A stretch of 64,000 nucleotides of DNA from Zygnema circumcarinatum SAG 698-1b. Taxonomy: Eukaryota > Plantae > Zygnematophyceae. Both the position numbers and the translations under genes were made by a program. The DNA is taken from NCBI GenBank assembly GCA_037447605.1, contig CM074810.1, positions 3,196,880 through 3,260,879 of the forward strand, in the 5' to 3' direction. The notes beneath the pieces are model-generated. The model was not told the DNA's origin. It made no database searches and saw only the letters and a program-made list of their open reading frames with translations. Every line of letters begins with the position of its first letter. Position 1 is the stretch's first letter. This document shows, one piece after another, positions 1 to 13,273 of this stretch.

Positions 1-16
1 TTTCATTCTATTGCAG

Positions 17-2878
17 GCAGGTCTGCTGGCAGCAGTAAGAAACGACTTCGTCCTCCTCCTCCCCCCCGCTATAGTGGAAGACGAAATTCTCTCTTTACAG
101 ATGGTCCACCACAGGGTGGAATTTTGCCTGTACCGCGATCTATGCTGCAGGAGAGGGGTTCAAGGCCTCCGGCTGAGGTACAACCTTCTTCTTTACTTCT
201 TCTCTTCTTTGATTGTTTGCAACCTTATCCAATCAAAATTTCACCATGCGACCGACAATGAAAGACGCAGTGTGATCTGTTTTGTCCTTTCTTGGTACGT
301 CTAGGTGAAAAGAATTGAGAATGTAGGCTTGAGAATGTAGGATGGATTGCTAATTTGTAGTGTGATTTCCATATACGTTTCTGAGTTGAACATGGGCCTT
401 TGTAAGGTGAAGAGAGGGACTGTTCTCAAAATCTTTCACTATTCTCTTATTGCTTGTGTGTCCATTTAGTGTGTATTGTTTTTTGTGTCCGCTAATAATC
501 AAGCGAAGACACATTTCAGCTGTGGTATTAAACAGTCTCATAAGACGAAAACGTACTCCCATGCCCCACATGGTCTGTCTTATCAGTAACTGTGTTCATT
601 TGCTTGGTGTTAAACCACCCGACTCTCCCCCCCCTTTCTTTGCTTCTTTCTCTCTTCAGGGATTGAACATGATGTTGTGGAAAGATACTTCGACCACTGA
701 TGGTACACCTCGAACTGGTTTTTTTCCAAGAAATCAACGTGATCCTTCTTGGCCCCACTTTTCGGTGGACGCTTTAGAAAGACCTTCCCCTTTTGATAGG
801 AGGAATTCTCAGCCATCCATGCTACCAATGCGTATGGATGGAGTTACTGCAGATAGACGAGCAAGAGATGGGGTTCCCTTTCATGGAGAGATGAGGGATT
901 TTCCTCTTGCAACACCAACCATGGATACTTTGCGGCAAGAAACCGTGGAGAAGAAATACGTGCGACATCCAAGAGATGCATTTTTGGAGCAGGGAGTGAG
1001 TTCTATCAGTAGTAGGAATGCGAGAATGGACATAGAGGGACGGAGAGAGGAGGATGTGCGGAGGAAGGAATCCCGATTTAGCCTTGTGGAACAGAGAGGG
1101 AAAACCCGTTTTTCAGCAGCTGCCCGTGATTTTGGTGGGAGGGAATTTAGGGGTAGTCGATTGCCTGCAGATGAAGCAATTGCAAGGAAAGCAGAAGTGG
1201 ATATGTCTTGGAGAAGCCATGGTGGGGAGAAAGCACACAGCCTTAGAATGGATGAAACGATATATGAAACTGAGCAGCTGAAAAGAGGATTATTTGAAGA
1301 TCGCCATAAGCGGGCTGAATTGCTGTCAAGTGAGCTCTCACATAAAACAGACGTTCATATGTTGAGGAAGTATGGAGATGAGGGCAGGGGTCTGCAGGAT
1401 GAAGGGAGAGGAAAAAGAGCTCTGACTGGAGACGGAATACAGTATGGCGGTTCAAACTTGAGAGGAGATGGATTTCGAAGCTCCAAATGGCATAGTCAGA
1501 GGGGTCCTGATATTAGGGAAAAGGAAAGTTCTTTTAGACATCAGCAAACTCGGCTGCCTCTTGGGTCTGAGTTTCATGCAGCTGCTCCTCAATGGCAGAA
1601 TGGAAAGGAGGATGTATCCCCTGCTATTCCTCGGCAATTCGAAGTTGCAGAAACTGGACCGTCATTTACAACACTCAAGGAAAATGGTGATTCTGCAAGA
1701 TCATACTCACGTGCCTCAAATGTGACATTGCCTGCGCCTCCTTATTGGAAGGACCCTCTTTTGGGTTGGGACAACAGACATGAAAACCTGGGAGGAGTAG
1801 GGAGAGCAGAGTGGAGGAGAGACAGTGATCGACTTATGAATGAGAGGGAGATCATTCACGGCAGTGAAAGAGGAGAGTGGACGTCTAATGCACATGGAAA
1901 CATTGACGGTGGAAGAGGGGGGAGTGCAGGAAGAGGCAGAGAGGGAGGCAAGAGAAAAGAGCAAGAAAGACTTAGGGAGCAGGTTCAGATTCGAACAACG
2001 GATCTTATGGGAGTTTTCGGAGGTGGGTCTGTTGAATCATCTGAATGGGAGAGGTCTGGTGGAAGAGGCAGGGGTGACATGTCGAGAAATGAAGGGAGAT
2101 TAACAGAAATGCGGTCTCCCGTTCTTCCCCATCTATTGTCCCATCGTTCGAATGCTCCACATTCTCAACGGCATGTGAACTGCGAACATCCGGCTCATCG
2201 AGCTCAGAAAAGTAATGGTGGAGATACCCGGAACACCATGCAGTTCAGCAGACTACAAGGAGCAAGCAGGTGAGCATTCACATATTTGATAGAGGTATAG
2301 AGGTAGATATGAGGCAAATATAGTATCGAAAGTAGACATAACATTAGGGTGCGTAGTGAAATAATTCTAGTTTTGCTACGCCACTTCTGCTTATCCAATG
2401 TTTCCTTAAGCGAGATGAAGTTCTTCCTTAGCTGTCCATGGATTTCATGTCTGCCGATGGCTCTGCAAAGTGTCAAGCATTTGTGATATCTTTGAATTCC
2501 CAAGATGTAGAATCCTATGTGCGAGCAGGACAAAAAGTAGTTGTAAGTAGGTAAGGTTTATGAAGGTTTGTTGGACTGGGAAAATCTGGTAGAATGCAGG
2601 GTTTCTTTAATTTCCTTTCGCTAATTTAACGACAAGAGTAAGGACCCAGATTGGAAAAACAAATTGAAAAATTGTAGTCTGTTCCTCCTGGTGGGCAGGA
2701 CGGTTTCCGTGATGGGTCTTCTTCCTGGCACACCGACATCAGCAGTGCTCACAACCTTTGAAAAGCAAGGCAAAGTGGTGGTGGGTCCCACATCTTCCTG
2801 GACTAATTGTGCTGCTGCAATGTGCTCAATCACTCAATCAATCACTCACTCAATCAATCAATCAATCACTCACTCAAT

Positions 2879-2927
<49 letters not shown>

Positions 2928-3349
2928 TTCCAAGCCTCAGGAAACATGGTGCTGAAGGGGTATTTGAGGTTTTCGGAGGTGCATTATCAGCTATTGCAAG
3001 AAACTACTGAATGATGAGATGAGCACGACCTGATTTTGAATTGGACAGTTTTTGCTCGCAGAATGCGCGAATGGACGATCCGAATTTCTTTGTTACTTAT
3101 GCATCTCTCAAAGATGCGGTCATGGCCAAGCGACTGCTTGATCGGTTAGACACTCCCCCCCTCCCCAGTCCCCCCCTCCCCTTCCCCCCATTCCCCCCCC
3201 AGTTTCAAATGTTCTCTGTACAGCTAAGGGTGAAGATTTTAGTTAAACTCATCTTTCACAAGTGTCCTCGTATCTCCAGGTCTGTGGTTGCGGGAAGACA
3301 GATTTCGGTAGATTTTGCGAACTCGCAAGGTGACAGTATGGCTTCATGA
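17..3349 (+). CDS. RRM-domain RNA-binding protein with long R/G/D/E-rich disordered N-terminus; 5' end lies outside the window
   Basis: Phase-consistent exons 17-177, 660-2269, 2699-2769 (or 2678-2769; GC donor), 2941-2978, 3062-3144, 3280-3349. The last four splice into an RRM-like unit: RTVSVMGLLPGTPTSAVLTTFEKQGNMVLKGYLRFSENARMDDPNFFVTYASLKDAVMAKRLLDRSVVAGRQISVDFA. The 3' end is uncertain (possible donor at 3330). Confidence 0.7.
2830..2925. repeat. (TCAA)n/(TCAC)n tetranucleotide microsatellite in an intron of the RRM gene
   Basis: Direct read of tcaatcaatcactcac... runs. Confidence 0.95.
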
Positions 3350-3489
3350 AGACCTTTCCCATGTTGCGCATGCATGGGGGACTCACATATCGGCGCCATG
3401 AGGAGAGCTATCTGCTGTTCATATCACATCCTTCGACGGCCGCACTGTGTGAACAGGGGCAGGGCGAGAGGGGCGATGAGGAGAAATTG

Positions 3490-3895
3490 GGAAAGGGGAG
3501 TCTCTGCAGGGAGAGAGAGGGGAGGAGGAAGAGTGGGAGAGGGGAGTCTCTGCAGGGAGAGAGAGGGGAGGAGGAAGATTGGGAGAGGGGAGTCTCTGCA
3601 GGGAGAGAGAGGGGAGGAGGAAGATTGGGAGAGGGGAGTCTCTGCAGGGAGAGAGAGGGGAGGAGGAAGATTGGGAGAGGGGAGTCTCTGCAGGGAGAGA
3701 GAGGGGAGGAGGAAGATTGGGAGAGGGAGTCTCTGCAGGGAGAGAGAGGGGAGGAGGAAGATTGGGAGAGGGGAGTCTCTGCAGGGAGAGAGAGGGGAGG
3801 AGGAAGATTGGGAGAGGGGAGTCTCTGCAGGGAGAGAGAGGGGAGGAGGAAGAGTGGGAGAGGGGAGTCTCTGCAGGGAGAGAAAGGGGAGGGGA
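3490..3895. repeat. 46-bp GA-rich minisatellite, about 9 copies
   Basis: Unit gggagaggggagtctctgcagggagagagaggggaggaggaagatt, recurring at about 3496, 3542, 3588, 3634, 3680, 3725, 3771, 3817, 3863. Confidence 0.95.
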
Positions 3896-4499
3896 TGAGG
3901 CCATCGTTCGTATGTCCTTTCAAAGGGAAGGCTGCTTGGCCGGTAGAAATAAATTGTTCCTCAGAGCGGAAATTAGGCTGCCAATGAGATAACTGCAAGA
4001 TATGGTTGACCTGGAAATGAGACGCAGCGCAGATAATAATTTCTCTCCTCTTGCATAGCCCTCGTGGTTCTGAGATAGGCCAAATCAGTGTTTCGCTTTC
4101 TTTTGTATTGGACGGCCGTGAAATGCAGCAGTGCAGAGGAGGGCAGGAACTAAATCGCTGACGTTTACAGTGTAAGAAAAGGAATGGGAAATCAGAGGTA
4201 AATGTTAGGTGAAGCCACTAAGTTCTTGACACAACATTCACGCAAAAAGGTGGGGCAGTTCCCTTCAGGCCTAAGCTCTCACTTTCAGAGCACCATCCAG
4301 CCACCTCAGCTGCTCATTCCCACACCTTCACCAAACTTCACGAATCTCTTGAAGGCATGATCAAACAAACTAAACCGCCTCTCTGGTCAGAATTAGCAGC
4401 AGATGCCATCGACCAAGATGCCTCACTTGGTTGCCAAGTGCAAACAAAGCAGACTTATTACCATTACCATTTATGCCCTTGAGCCCTCCAATCCAGCGG

Positions 4500-4585
4500 G
4501 CTAACCCCTAAACACTAAACCCTAATCCCTGAACTCCAAGCCTTCGACCCTGAACCCTCACCGTAACCCCTAAATCCTAACCCTG
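4500..4585. repeat. Degenerate CCCTAA(A) telomere-like/telo-box run upstream of SS1
   Basis: ctaacccctaaacactaaaccctaatccctgaa...cccctaaatcctaaccct. Confidence 0.6.
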
Positions 4586-4719
4586 GTTAACCATTAACGC
4601 ATGTCCCAACGAGTTCTCGAGTTTGACCTAGTCAATTTTTCTTAGTCATAGTTTTGACCAAAGTCTAGTCGCCTTCTCCAGTCCCTGCGCTAGTGCTATG
4701 CGGCGGCGCCGCGGTCCTC

Positions 4720-4820
4720 GGTGCCACGTGGACCGGTCTCAGGCCAGAAGTCCACCGTTTCTTGTCCATACGCCACGCGTCCTCTGCATGGATTCTGAGC
4801 TCGACACGTGGCACGTCATC
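4720..4820 (+). promoter_or_regulatory. G-box/ABRE-like cluster upstream of starch synthase I
   Basis: CACGTG at 4725 and 4805 (GACACGTGGC), CACGCG at 4774, CACGTC at 4812; about 560-650 bp before the ATG. Confidence 0.45.
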
Positions 4821-5375
4821 GAGAACTAAAAATCTCCCGGCCGCTTCTCATTGGCCGAAATTTCCTCAGAACGATATTCACCGTCCGATATCTTGTCGCG
4901 GATATCTGGACCGTACACGACATCGTAAAACTTTGTCGTGGAACGAGACAGAATTTTCCTGCCTGCCCAACGACCTGCCGGCCGGCGAGTTCGCCCTCGG
5001 AGAGGCGCAAAATTTTGCCGGTCAAAGACGGTCGGCAGTTTTTTCCTGGCAGCCGGCTGGCAGGTTTTGTTTGGAAGCAGTGAGGGGAGCAGTACCGGTT
5101 TTTTGTTTGGTCGGATCATTTCAAACTCACTTTTAGGGTTTTGGAAGATCCTGGAGCTGCGGCTGGAAGCTGTCTTGCAGATATTTCACTGTGAGAGAGG
5201 GAGAGAGAGGGAGGGAGAGGGAGAGAGAGGGAGAAAGGGAGGGAGAGACGAGGAGAGGTAAGAGTGGGGGAAAGAGAGGGGGAGAGATATAGGGAAAGAG
5301 AGAGGGAGCGGGAGGGAGTGGAGGTAGGGAAAGAGAGAGGAGAGGGAGGGGACGATTTGTGTAGGGAGTAGAGAG

Positions 5376-8300
5376 ATGGAGGTTATTGCGAATGCTGCGC
5401 TGCGGGGATGTGCGGTTCCTGCAGTGAGGATGGTACACGGGGCAGTGAGGCCGGCAGGAGTTTCGCTGAGTTCGGCATTTCTTGGAAGGGAGGGGTCATT
5501 GAAGAGTCCTGCCGCAATGAGGGAGAGGAGGAAGGTGGAGCGAGCAGCAGTGAGCGTTGTTGCAGTAAGTTTGGGTGAGGATTCCCCTGTTCCTGTGCAA
5601 GAGGCACCGGTAGCAGCGTCAGTGCAGGACGAGCTCCCAGACGATTATGTGCTGGTGTCAAATGATCCGGAAGAGATAGCACAGGAGATCAGGAGGATTG
5701 AGGAAGAGAACGAAAAGCTGCGCAAGCAGATTGCAATCGCGAGTGCGGACTCAGTTGAGACTGGAGATGTAAGGAGAGCGCAGATTGATGTAACTCGCCC
5801 AAGGATAGGTGCTCTGCCTCCTACAGATACAGTTTCTGCGCTCAAAGAAGCATATCTTCCTATTTCTGCTCCAGTATCGGCTGCTGCTACGACGGTTATT
5901 GCAGGTATTTCTAGCTGACTAGTAGCTGACGGCTATATTACTGGAAGCAGGGTTATTACTTATTCGAATAGGTCTTTTACTGTATATTGTATTTGCTTGC
6001 ACCTCTTTAGCTTACTCTTTCTGTAGAGAGCCCTGCAGATGTCGGCTTGAGTTAATGGCAGTATGCAGATTAGAGACGGCGAAAAAGGTCAGCTGATACT
6101 CCTAATATATAGCGCAGTGAGCAGCAGTGAAATTGTGAGGCAAAGAGAGCGAAGGGAACATGTTCTCCACCAATGAGCCTTCAACAGCAGTGTAATCTAA
6201 ATGTGGGCGAATGACGACTAGTAGTGAACGCGTTGAATTGCCAATGGATTTCTGATCGTTATTCCTGTTTCTGCTAAATCTGAAAAGCATTTTTCTGATA
6301 TATTGGGTGTTATGCTGCTTGCAGCCCCCGAGGAGGAACCCGCAGCGGCAGTCGGGCAAAGACAGAATGACTTGAAAAATGCAGAGCTTGCCAGAACCGA
6401 TCTCAACAAGGTCGTGAAGAAAACAGATAATCCAATAAGTGTTATCTTTGTAGCTTCAGAAGTGGCTCCATACTCCAAAACTGGCGGTTTGGCAGATGTG
6501 GTCGGGTCCCTCCCGGCTTCGCTCGCAGAGAGAGGGCACAGAGTGATGGTGGTCTCGCCCCGCTACATGAATGGAGTGACAGACAGCCTCTATGCGGGGG
6601 CTTTTGATTGTCAATGTCGTATTAAAGTCGGCTGCTTTGACGGAGAGCATGAGGTTGCTTTCTTTCATGAGTATCGTGATGGTGTGGACTTTGTAAGTGT
6701 ATCTATACATCGCCCAATTCTTCATAAAATGGCTGTAAGACTGAATTACAACTTTCTGCTGCATTTCTTTTTCCGTTTTTTGGAACAAACTTCTGAGGAC
6801 GTCTTACTGTGCCAACTCGATCATTGTAATAGGCTTGCTCTTCCTCTTAAGTCAATTTCCTGATGTGAAATTCAGGTCTTTGTGGACCACCCATCATACC
6901 ATAGGCCGGGAACGCCATATGGTGACTCCCGTGGTGCCTTTGGAGACAACCAGGTAAATCCTTTTTAAAGAGTCTAGTTTATGTTAAGAAGTTTTTAAAA
7001 ATCAAAATAAGAAAGGTTTCCTTTGCCTTGCAGTTCATCTGCCGCACCGTTTTGATTGTGGCTGATTGGTGAAGGCCAAACCACTGATTTGTTGCTTTTG
7101 GCACTGTCTCCATGTGCATCATGCGCAGTTCCGTTTCACTATTCTCTGCCATGCAGCATGCGAAGCTCCTCTCCAATTGGCCCTGGGAGGATTCACATAT
7201 GGAGAGAATGTGCTTTTTGTGGCTAATGATTGGCATGCTGGTCTTGTTCCTGTGTAAGTTTCACTTATGATGCTGGGATGTAGCATTTGGGGCAGACAAG
7301 AGCATATAATTGCAGTTAATTCTGTGCCATATGTAGTTTTACTTTTGTCACCGCAACTGATGCAGCTCTTTATGCCTGTAGCATTTTTCCGGCTTGTGCT
7401 TACTTCAAATACAGAGATGCAATTTTGGAGGGAGTGGAAGTTCTAGCGTTTGTTTTTGGAAGCTCCCCACTTATTTTTGGTTCCCTTTCTTTCGTTCCTC
7501 CCCTTTTCCCCTTCACACAGATATGCCCTTTAGATTTGAAAATTGGAGATAGATTTGGAAGCTTTTAATTTCTTACTTTCATTTGTTTATAACAGGCTTT
7601 TGGCTGCAAAGTATCGAAAATTTAACGTCTACACCAAGGCTCGATGTATCCTATGCATACACAACTTGCGCCATCAGGTCCGTGTCGAATGTCTGATAAA
7701 TTTCTTAAGGAGGAAAGTTTGGAGTTCTCTTCACCTCAACACTTTCAGAATTTCTCACGCTCATGCATGCACTGTGAATGTTCATTCATATCGCTAGCAA
7801 TCAAAACAGTGATCACTAAAGATTCTACGTGGACATTCCTCTTTCTTGTCCAACCCATCTGTTGCTAGCTGCCATCAGTTCAAAATCACGTCTATTCATT
7901 CTGGCCCTTTTTTGATGGATGGATGGTTCGGCAGGGGGTTGAGCCAGGTGTAACATATGGAAACTTAGGTTTACCTTCTGAATGGTATGGCGCTCTTGAG
8001 TGGGTATTCCCTCAGTGGGCTCGAAAGCATGCACTTGACAAGGGAGAAGCCGTCAACATTATGAAGGGAGCCATTGTGACTTCGGACCGTATCTTGACAG
8101 TTAGTCAGGTGATGCAACAAAGCAAGATAGGCAAGAAAAACTTTCAGTCAGAGGCTGCACGTGCTGGATTTTCTCCTTACACTTCACTTGTGAAGAACTC
8201 CGTTCACTGAGACTCTCGCACGTTTTCAGATGTGTTCCTGCATTTTGCTGCTCGTCTCGGCGATCCCTAACCCATTTTTTCTTCCGTCCCTCTCAGGTTT

Positions 8301-11171
8301 CTTCTGTCCTATATATCTCACTCATTTTGCTGTTCGAATTGGTGCAGGGATATGCCTGGGAGATTACTACCGAAGAAGGTGGTTGGGGATTGGAGGGCCT
8401 ATTGAGAAGTAGAGGCACAGTAATCAATGGTATGCTACAGTCTCCTTGAAAGCTTAATAGTCAGGTAAAGGTCGATAAAGGTCGTTCTGCCGATTAAGGT
8501 CCCAAGTAGCTCTCTGGTGGGCCACACGGGATTAAGGAGCTCCATCCATCACAATGAAAAGTTGAACCGTTGTTGATGGACGTTCCACTTTTCGGGTTTT
8601 CGCGTCTTTACTGGCGCTTGATAGTTCAGCCTGGAAGACTCCCATCTGTTGAAATGGCTGAGGAATGCTCCTTGTGTTTAAAAGAGTCTTGGTGTAACAC
8701 CTGTAGGAAAGCTGAAAGGATGGTTGGTCCAATGCTCTTTCTATGTAGTTAGAATCGTTCTCAATACTAATCATAGCATATACCATACCAAGACCTGTTT
8801 GCGGTACCAGAGTGGTACTTATTATGAAGGTGATTAGCATGTCTCAAGACGCAGTTTGTTGGGATCGTGAGTAGTGTGAGACTCTCACGCTCTCTTCCTT
8901 CCCTCTGCCTCTCTCTCTCTCTCTCTACCCATCTCGTTTTCACATCCTGGTTGTTGTGGTTGCCTGAGCTAGACCAATTTGAAGGATTGGTTCGGAAGTA
9001 ATGTCGACTTTGATATAGAGGCTCTTGCGACCTTAAAAGGAAACATTGTTTTCTTGAAGTATTTCCTTAGGCTTAAGACTCTGGGGGAATACTCGCAGGT
9101 ATTACCAACGGTGTTGATATCGTCGACTGGAATCCGGCTACAGACAAGCACATTCCATCCCAATTCTCATTGGAAGACCTGTCTGGCAAGGTAGATTCGA
9201 CCCCTCGAGGCATGTTAGTAGAGGCATATTATGTTTAGTTCACCTTTTTTCTTAAAATGCATGCGGCAAGTTATATTTATCACACAGATTTGGAATACCG
9301 TTTGGTAGACTTTAACACTATTCCTAGGTTTAAGAAAAAAATCTGTTTTTTGAACAGTACTACCTGCACCAATTCCCACTGAAATTATTGCTAGATTGTT
9401 CAGGTTCTTGCAATGCTTCTTCTGAACAACCATAGTGCTTGTGCTGCTGCAGATTGAATGCAAGGCGGCTCTGCAGAAGGAACTGGGCCTGCCTGTTAGA
9501 CCGGATGTTCCACTTGTAAGTGATCGTTGTAGATGTGTAGGCATTGGCTCATGTATTCGTGCATGAGTGTATGCATCACAGGCATCGATGGTGTACATGC
9601 TGATTGCTACCTGCCTCTATTTTCTGAAGGCCTGTGAATCTTCTCTGCAGATTGGCTTCATTGGCCGCCTAGACCACCAGAAGGGCCCAGACATCATTCA
9701 AGCAGCACTGCCTCAGCTGATGGGAGATGATGTTCAACTGGTCAGTTTCTCCATCTCGCCACCAACACATGAGGCTCAGGGCCGTGTGGCCTCAAATTTG
9801 CACTCCTGAGAACGGAGTTCGATCTTGATTTAGAAACTAATGACATAACGACCATTGGAACCTAAGTTTGATCATTAGGCAGTGCTGAGGCACCGAAAGC
9901 ATGAACCTTGGAGTGTTTCTATTCGACCCTTGTTTGAAAAACATTTACTGTTGTGACTTTTATAGGTGAAGTTGGTGAAAGCTTCATTGACAGCTTCTGC
10001 TGTTAAATGACTTTCGAATGTGACGACGATACCTTCCTCTGACGTGGCCTGTTGCAGGTGATGCTTGGAAGTGGCGACCCGGAAATTGAAACATGGATGG
10101 CGTGGGCTGAAAGTGCTTACAAAGAAAAATTTCGAGGATGGGTTGGATTCAGTGTTCCTATGGCACATCGCATTACTGCAGGGTGAGTCAGCATCCACAT
10201 GATATTGGCATATCACAATCAGCTTCGCTGAAATAGGTTAAGTTTACGGGAATCATTAGTCGAGGTGCTCCGACAGTGACTTAATATTGACGCAATCAAA
10301 TCCGCCATGGTGGTGGTGGAGGAGTGGGATTCACGTTTGTAGCGGCCTCGGCAATAACAGAGAATCTGCAGCTATAAAACTAGGTGTATGTGGAAGCGGG
10401 TGGATAGCCAGAGGAAATTTTTGTGGAAAAGAATGAGAATTAAAGAGGGAAATGGGGCCTGTGACAGGTGTGACATCTTGCTTATGCCGTCAAGGTTTGA
10501 GCCCTGCGGCTTGAACCAGCTCTATGCTATGAGATACGGAACAGTGCCAGTTGCTCATAGCACGGGAGGACTCAGAGTGAGTTTATCAACATTACTGTGC
10601 AGCCTACTACTTTTATCAAGATGTAATGAAGTAAGGGCTTGGAAAAAAATAACAAAAAATTAGAGTGAATTCGTTCTGGTGGAACGCTGACCTTTGTCAC
10701 GGCGTTCTGACTGTTCGCGTGATGGTCGTCAGGATACAATTGAAGACTATAATCCATTCGCGAATGGAGGCGCAGGGGCCGGAACAGGGTATGCCCCTTC
10801 ACGTTTTCTCACCATAGACCTGCTCTTGTACAAATTTATGTGCCTTATCATTCAGTCAGTCGCTCGGCGATTGGTCAGTTCTTACAGTGGAGAGTAGAGG
10901 TTTCGATTCTTGAGTTCAGTGCCGTATTCCCTGACCTAAAGGTGCTCGCGGGGGATTGGGGAGAGCAGGTGGACATTTTCTCCACTTTCAGTGGATGGCA
11001 TGATGGGGGTAAGCAGCCAACTCTCCTCTGCCCTCGCGATCATTGAAACTGGAAAAATAGGGTTAAGTTAGTTCGGGTTTGAGTTCATAATGAAAGCGTA
11101 TGGGGGGTCTCTTACTGCAGGTTTCTGACTTTTCTACTGGCGTTTGCATAGAGTCTACCTTTACACAATGT

Positions 11172-11205
<34 letters not shown>

Positions 11206-11406
11206 TGTGTTATGAGAGAGCTCACTGGGGTGGTATGTGTGATGCTGCAGGCCATGTGGACAAGCATTGAGACATACCGTAAGCATAAGGAGGCATGGCG
11301 GGGCATCATGACCCGAGGCATGGCCTTAGACATGTCGTGGGAGAGGGCAGCCGTCCAATACGAGCAAGTGTTTCAGTGGGCACTCATGGACCCTCCCTAC
11401 GCCTGA
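5376..11406 (+). CDS. SS1: Soluble starch synthase I (GT5), plastid-targeted
   Basis: 15 phase-consistent exons: 5376-5904, 6325-6692, 6876-6953, 7129-7253, 7596-7677, 7935-8108, 8348-8429, 9099-9190, 9453-9515, 9651-9740, 10058-10182, 10468-10576, 10733-10788, 10969-11008, 11251-11406. Motifs [72 protein letters not shown]; SSI-type C-terminus [11 protein letters not shown]; Ala/Arg/Ser-rich transit-peptide-like N-terminus. Confidence 0.97.
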
Positions 11407-12365
11407 GCTCGGCAGGGAGATTGACAACTACCCCGACCCTTCCTAATGGCATTTCAAACGAGGGAGATGGTCGCGTGCAATCGTCTACTCTGAATGCACG
11501 CCGCTTCTCTCTCACACACGCACTCTCTCCCGCTTCACTCTAATCTGTGTTCCCCCGTCTTTCTCTCACACACTCTCTATTTGTAGTGGTGGGCGCTTTC
11601 TTGGCTGAAAGTGTATGGCTATCCAGTTCCAATGATGTAGGCATCAGTTATAGAACTCCAGAGTGCTTTCTCGTGGCTTAGATGCCCTTTCACTGCCTGT
11701 CCTGTCAGTAGGATAACCGTGATCTGTTGCTCCCAATTTGGCAATTTAGTGTATGTAGGATGTGGCACGCGGACGTGGTCCATGGATGTGGTGGCCCATG
11801 TGCATCGCCATGCCAGGCCATGTCATGTTCATCATGTTGGTGTCCCTCACAATGCCGTTGTCGTGTAGGCCATAAGGTGTACACAAAGCATTTTTTTTTT
11901 AATGTAAAGTGCGTCTGCTACAGTGTCAGTTGTTAGTCTTTGTGTGTCTCTCCTTCAGATGTGAAATTGAACCTTTTCAGCTACGAGGGCCGGTACAGTA
12001 TCCATTGAGGGTACACTCCACCCCATGATCCTCTCACAGCTGGCCAAATCGGACAGAAAGCAAATGTGGCGAAATGGAATTGGTTAAGTCAAGGTATCTT
12101 CACTGGAAACTCGACCTTGAAAAGTCAGCTATGAAGATGGTAGAAGCTATATGAAACCATGTGACAGTTGAAGCCATGTAAAACCGAAAGCTATGGGATA
12201 GATGAAAAGCCAGGTGACTGTATCCATGACATATGCGAAAGCATGATCAAGTTCACTGGAAGGATGGGGGTTGGAGCTCTAATGCTCATGTATGGCAAAA
12301 CGCACCCATGTTCATACTGCACATTGGCACAGTGCACTGTCAGGTCCTTTACACATTTCATTGGT

Positions 12366-13273
12366 TCATTGATCGCAAGAGCTGCTCTCTCCGTAAAAAG
12401 TTATGCAGTCGATCGGATTGGTCGTGTCCTCCCAGCTATCTCCCACAAAGACTATTTGGAGCCCTCTACTGCTGTAGCCTATTGTGATGGGCCCCTTGCG
12501 GCTTCCTCCTTCCTGTGCTCAGACAACCGAAAAGAAGATGCGTTTGGGACAGGGAGAGGGAGAGGGAGAGGGAGAGGGAGAGGGAGAGCGAGAGGGAGGG
12601 AGAGAGAGAGGGGAGGGGGGAAGGTGGGAGGACAGAGGCGAGAGGAGGATGTGCTTAAGAAGGTGGAGTGAGTCAAGGGAAAAATGCTGATAGTAATGCC
12701 AAGGACCAGAATGTAGCACAATCGAAGGAGAAAACAATCCAAATGTTCAAACCTCACCTTCAAATCAGGCTCCCCCAGCAAACGCACCACTTCCGCATTC
12801 ATCATATTAATCCTGCATGCATGGACAAGGAGACAAGGCGCAGTTCAGACGAACGAAAGCCTTGTGAAACATCTTTGGACTCAATAATCAACATCCCAGC
12901 ATTGCTATCCACTCCTCTCTCAAGCTCCTTCCCCTGTGAACTCTGGCTACAATACTCTGCAAGGGACTCACCTCAAATTGTATGGTAATTCTCCTCCAAA
13001 CACAGCGAACTTCTGTGAGCCATTGTAGATGTGAACTGCCTCAATCACGCCTCCTTCAACGCAGATTGACAGTCCGAGCTGCTTGAAGTTGTGATACTCG
13101 CAAGCCTTCCTCTTTCCAAGAGCTGCATATTTGTGAACCTCTTCAAGGAGTTTCTGGTTCTTTGAGGTGGAAACAAGGAAGGCGCGGACAGCAGTGTCCT
13201 CCCATCTTTTCCCGACCAAGTCCAAAAGCAGGGAGGATCCAATCCTGCATTCTAAAACCTCAGAAAGGGACAT
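12366..13273 (-). CDS. Uncharacterised 167-aa globular protein, 3 coding exons
   Basis: Exons 13273-12972, 12812-12758, 12512-12366 with canonical GT-AG sites and matching phases give MSLSEVLECRIGSSLLLDLVGKRWEDTAVRAFL...EYHNFKQLGLSICVEGGVIEAVHIYNGSQKFAVFGGELPYNLRINMMNAEVVRLLGEPDLKEGGSRKGPITIGYSSRGLQIVFVGDSWEDTTNPIDCITFYGESSSCDQ*. Probable 5' UTR donor near 13640. Confidence 0.85.

Noticed and set aside
11-304. ORF MQAGLLAAVRNDF...
   Set aside because: Wrong frame; the flanking splice sites favour the RSAGSSKKRLRPPPP frame, which joins exon 2 in phase.
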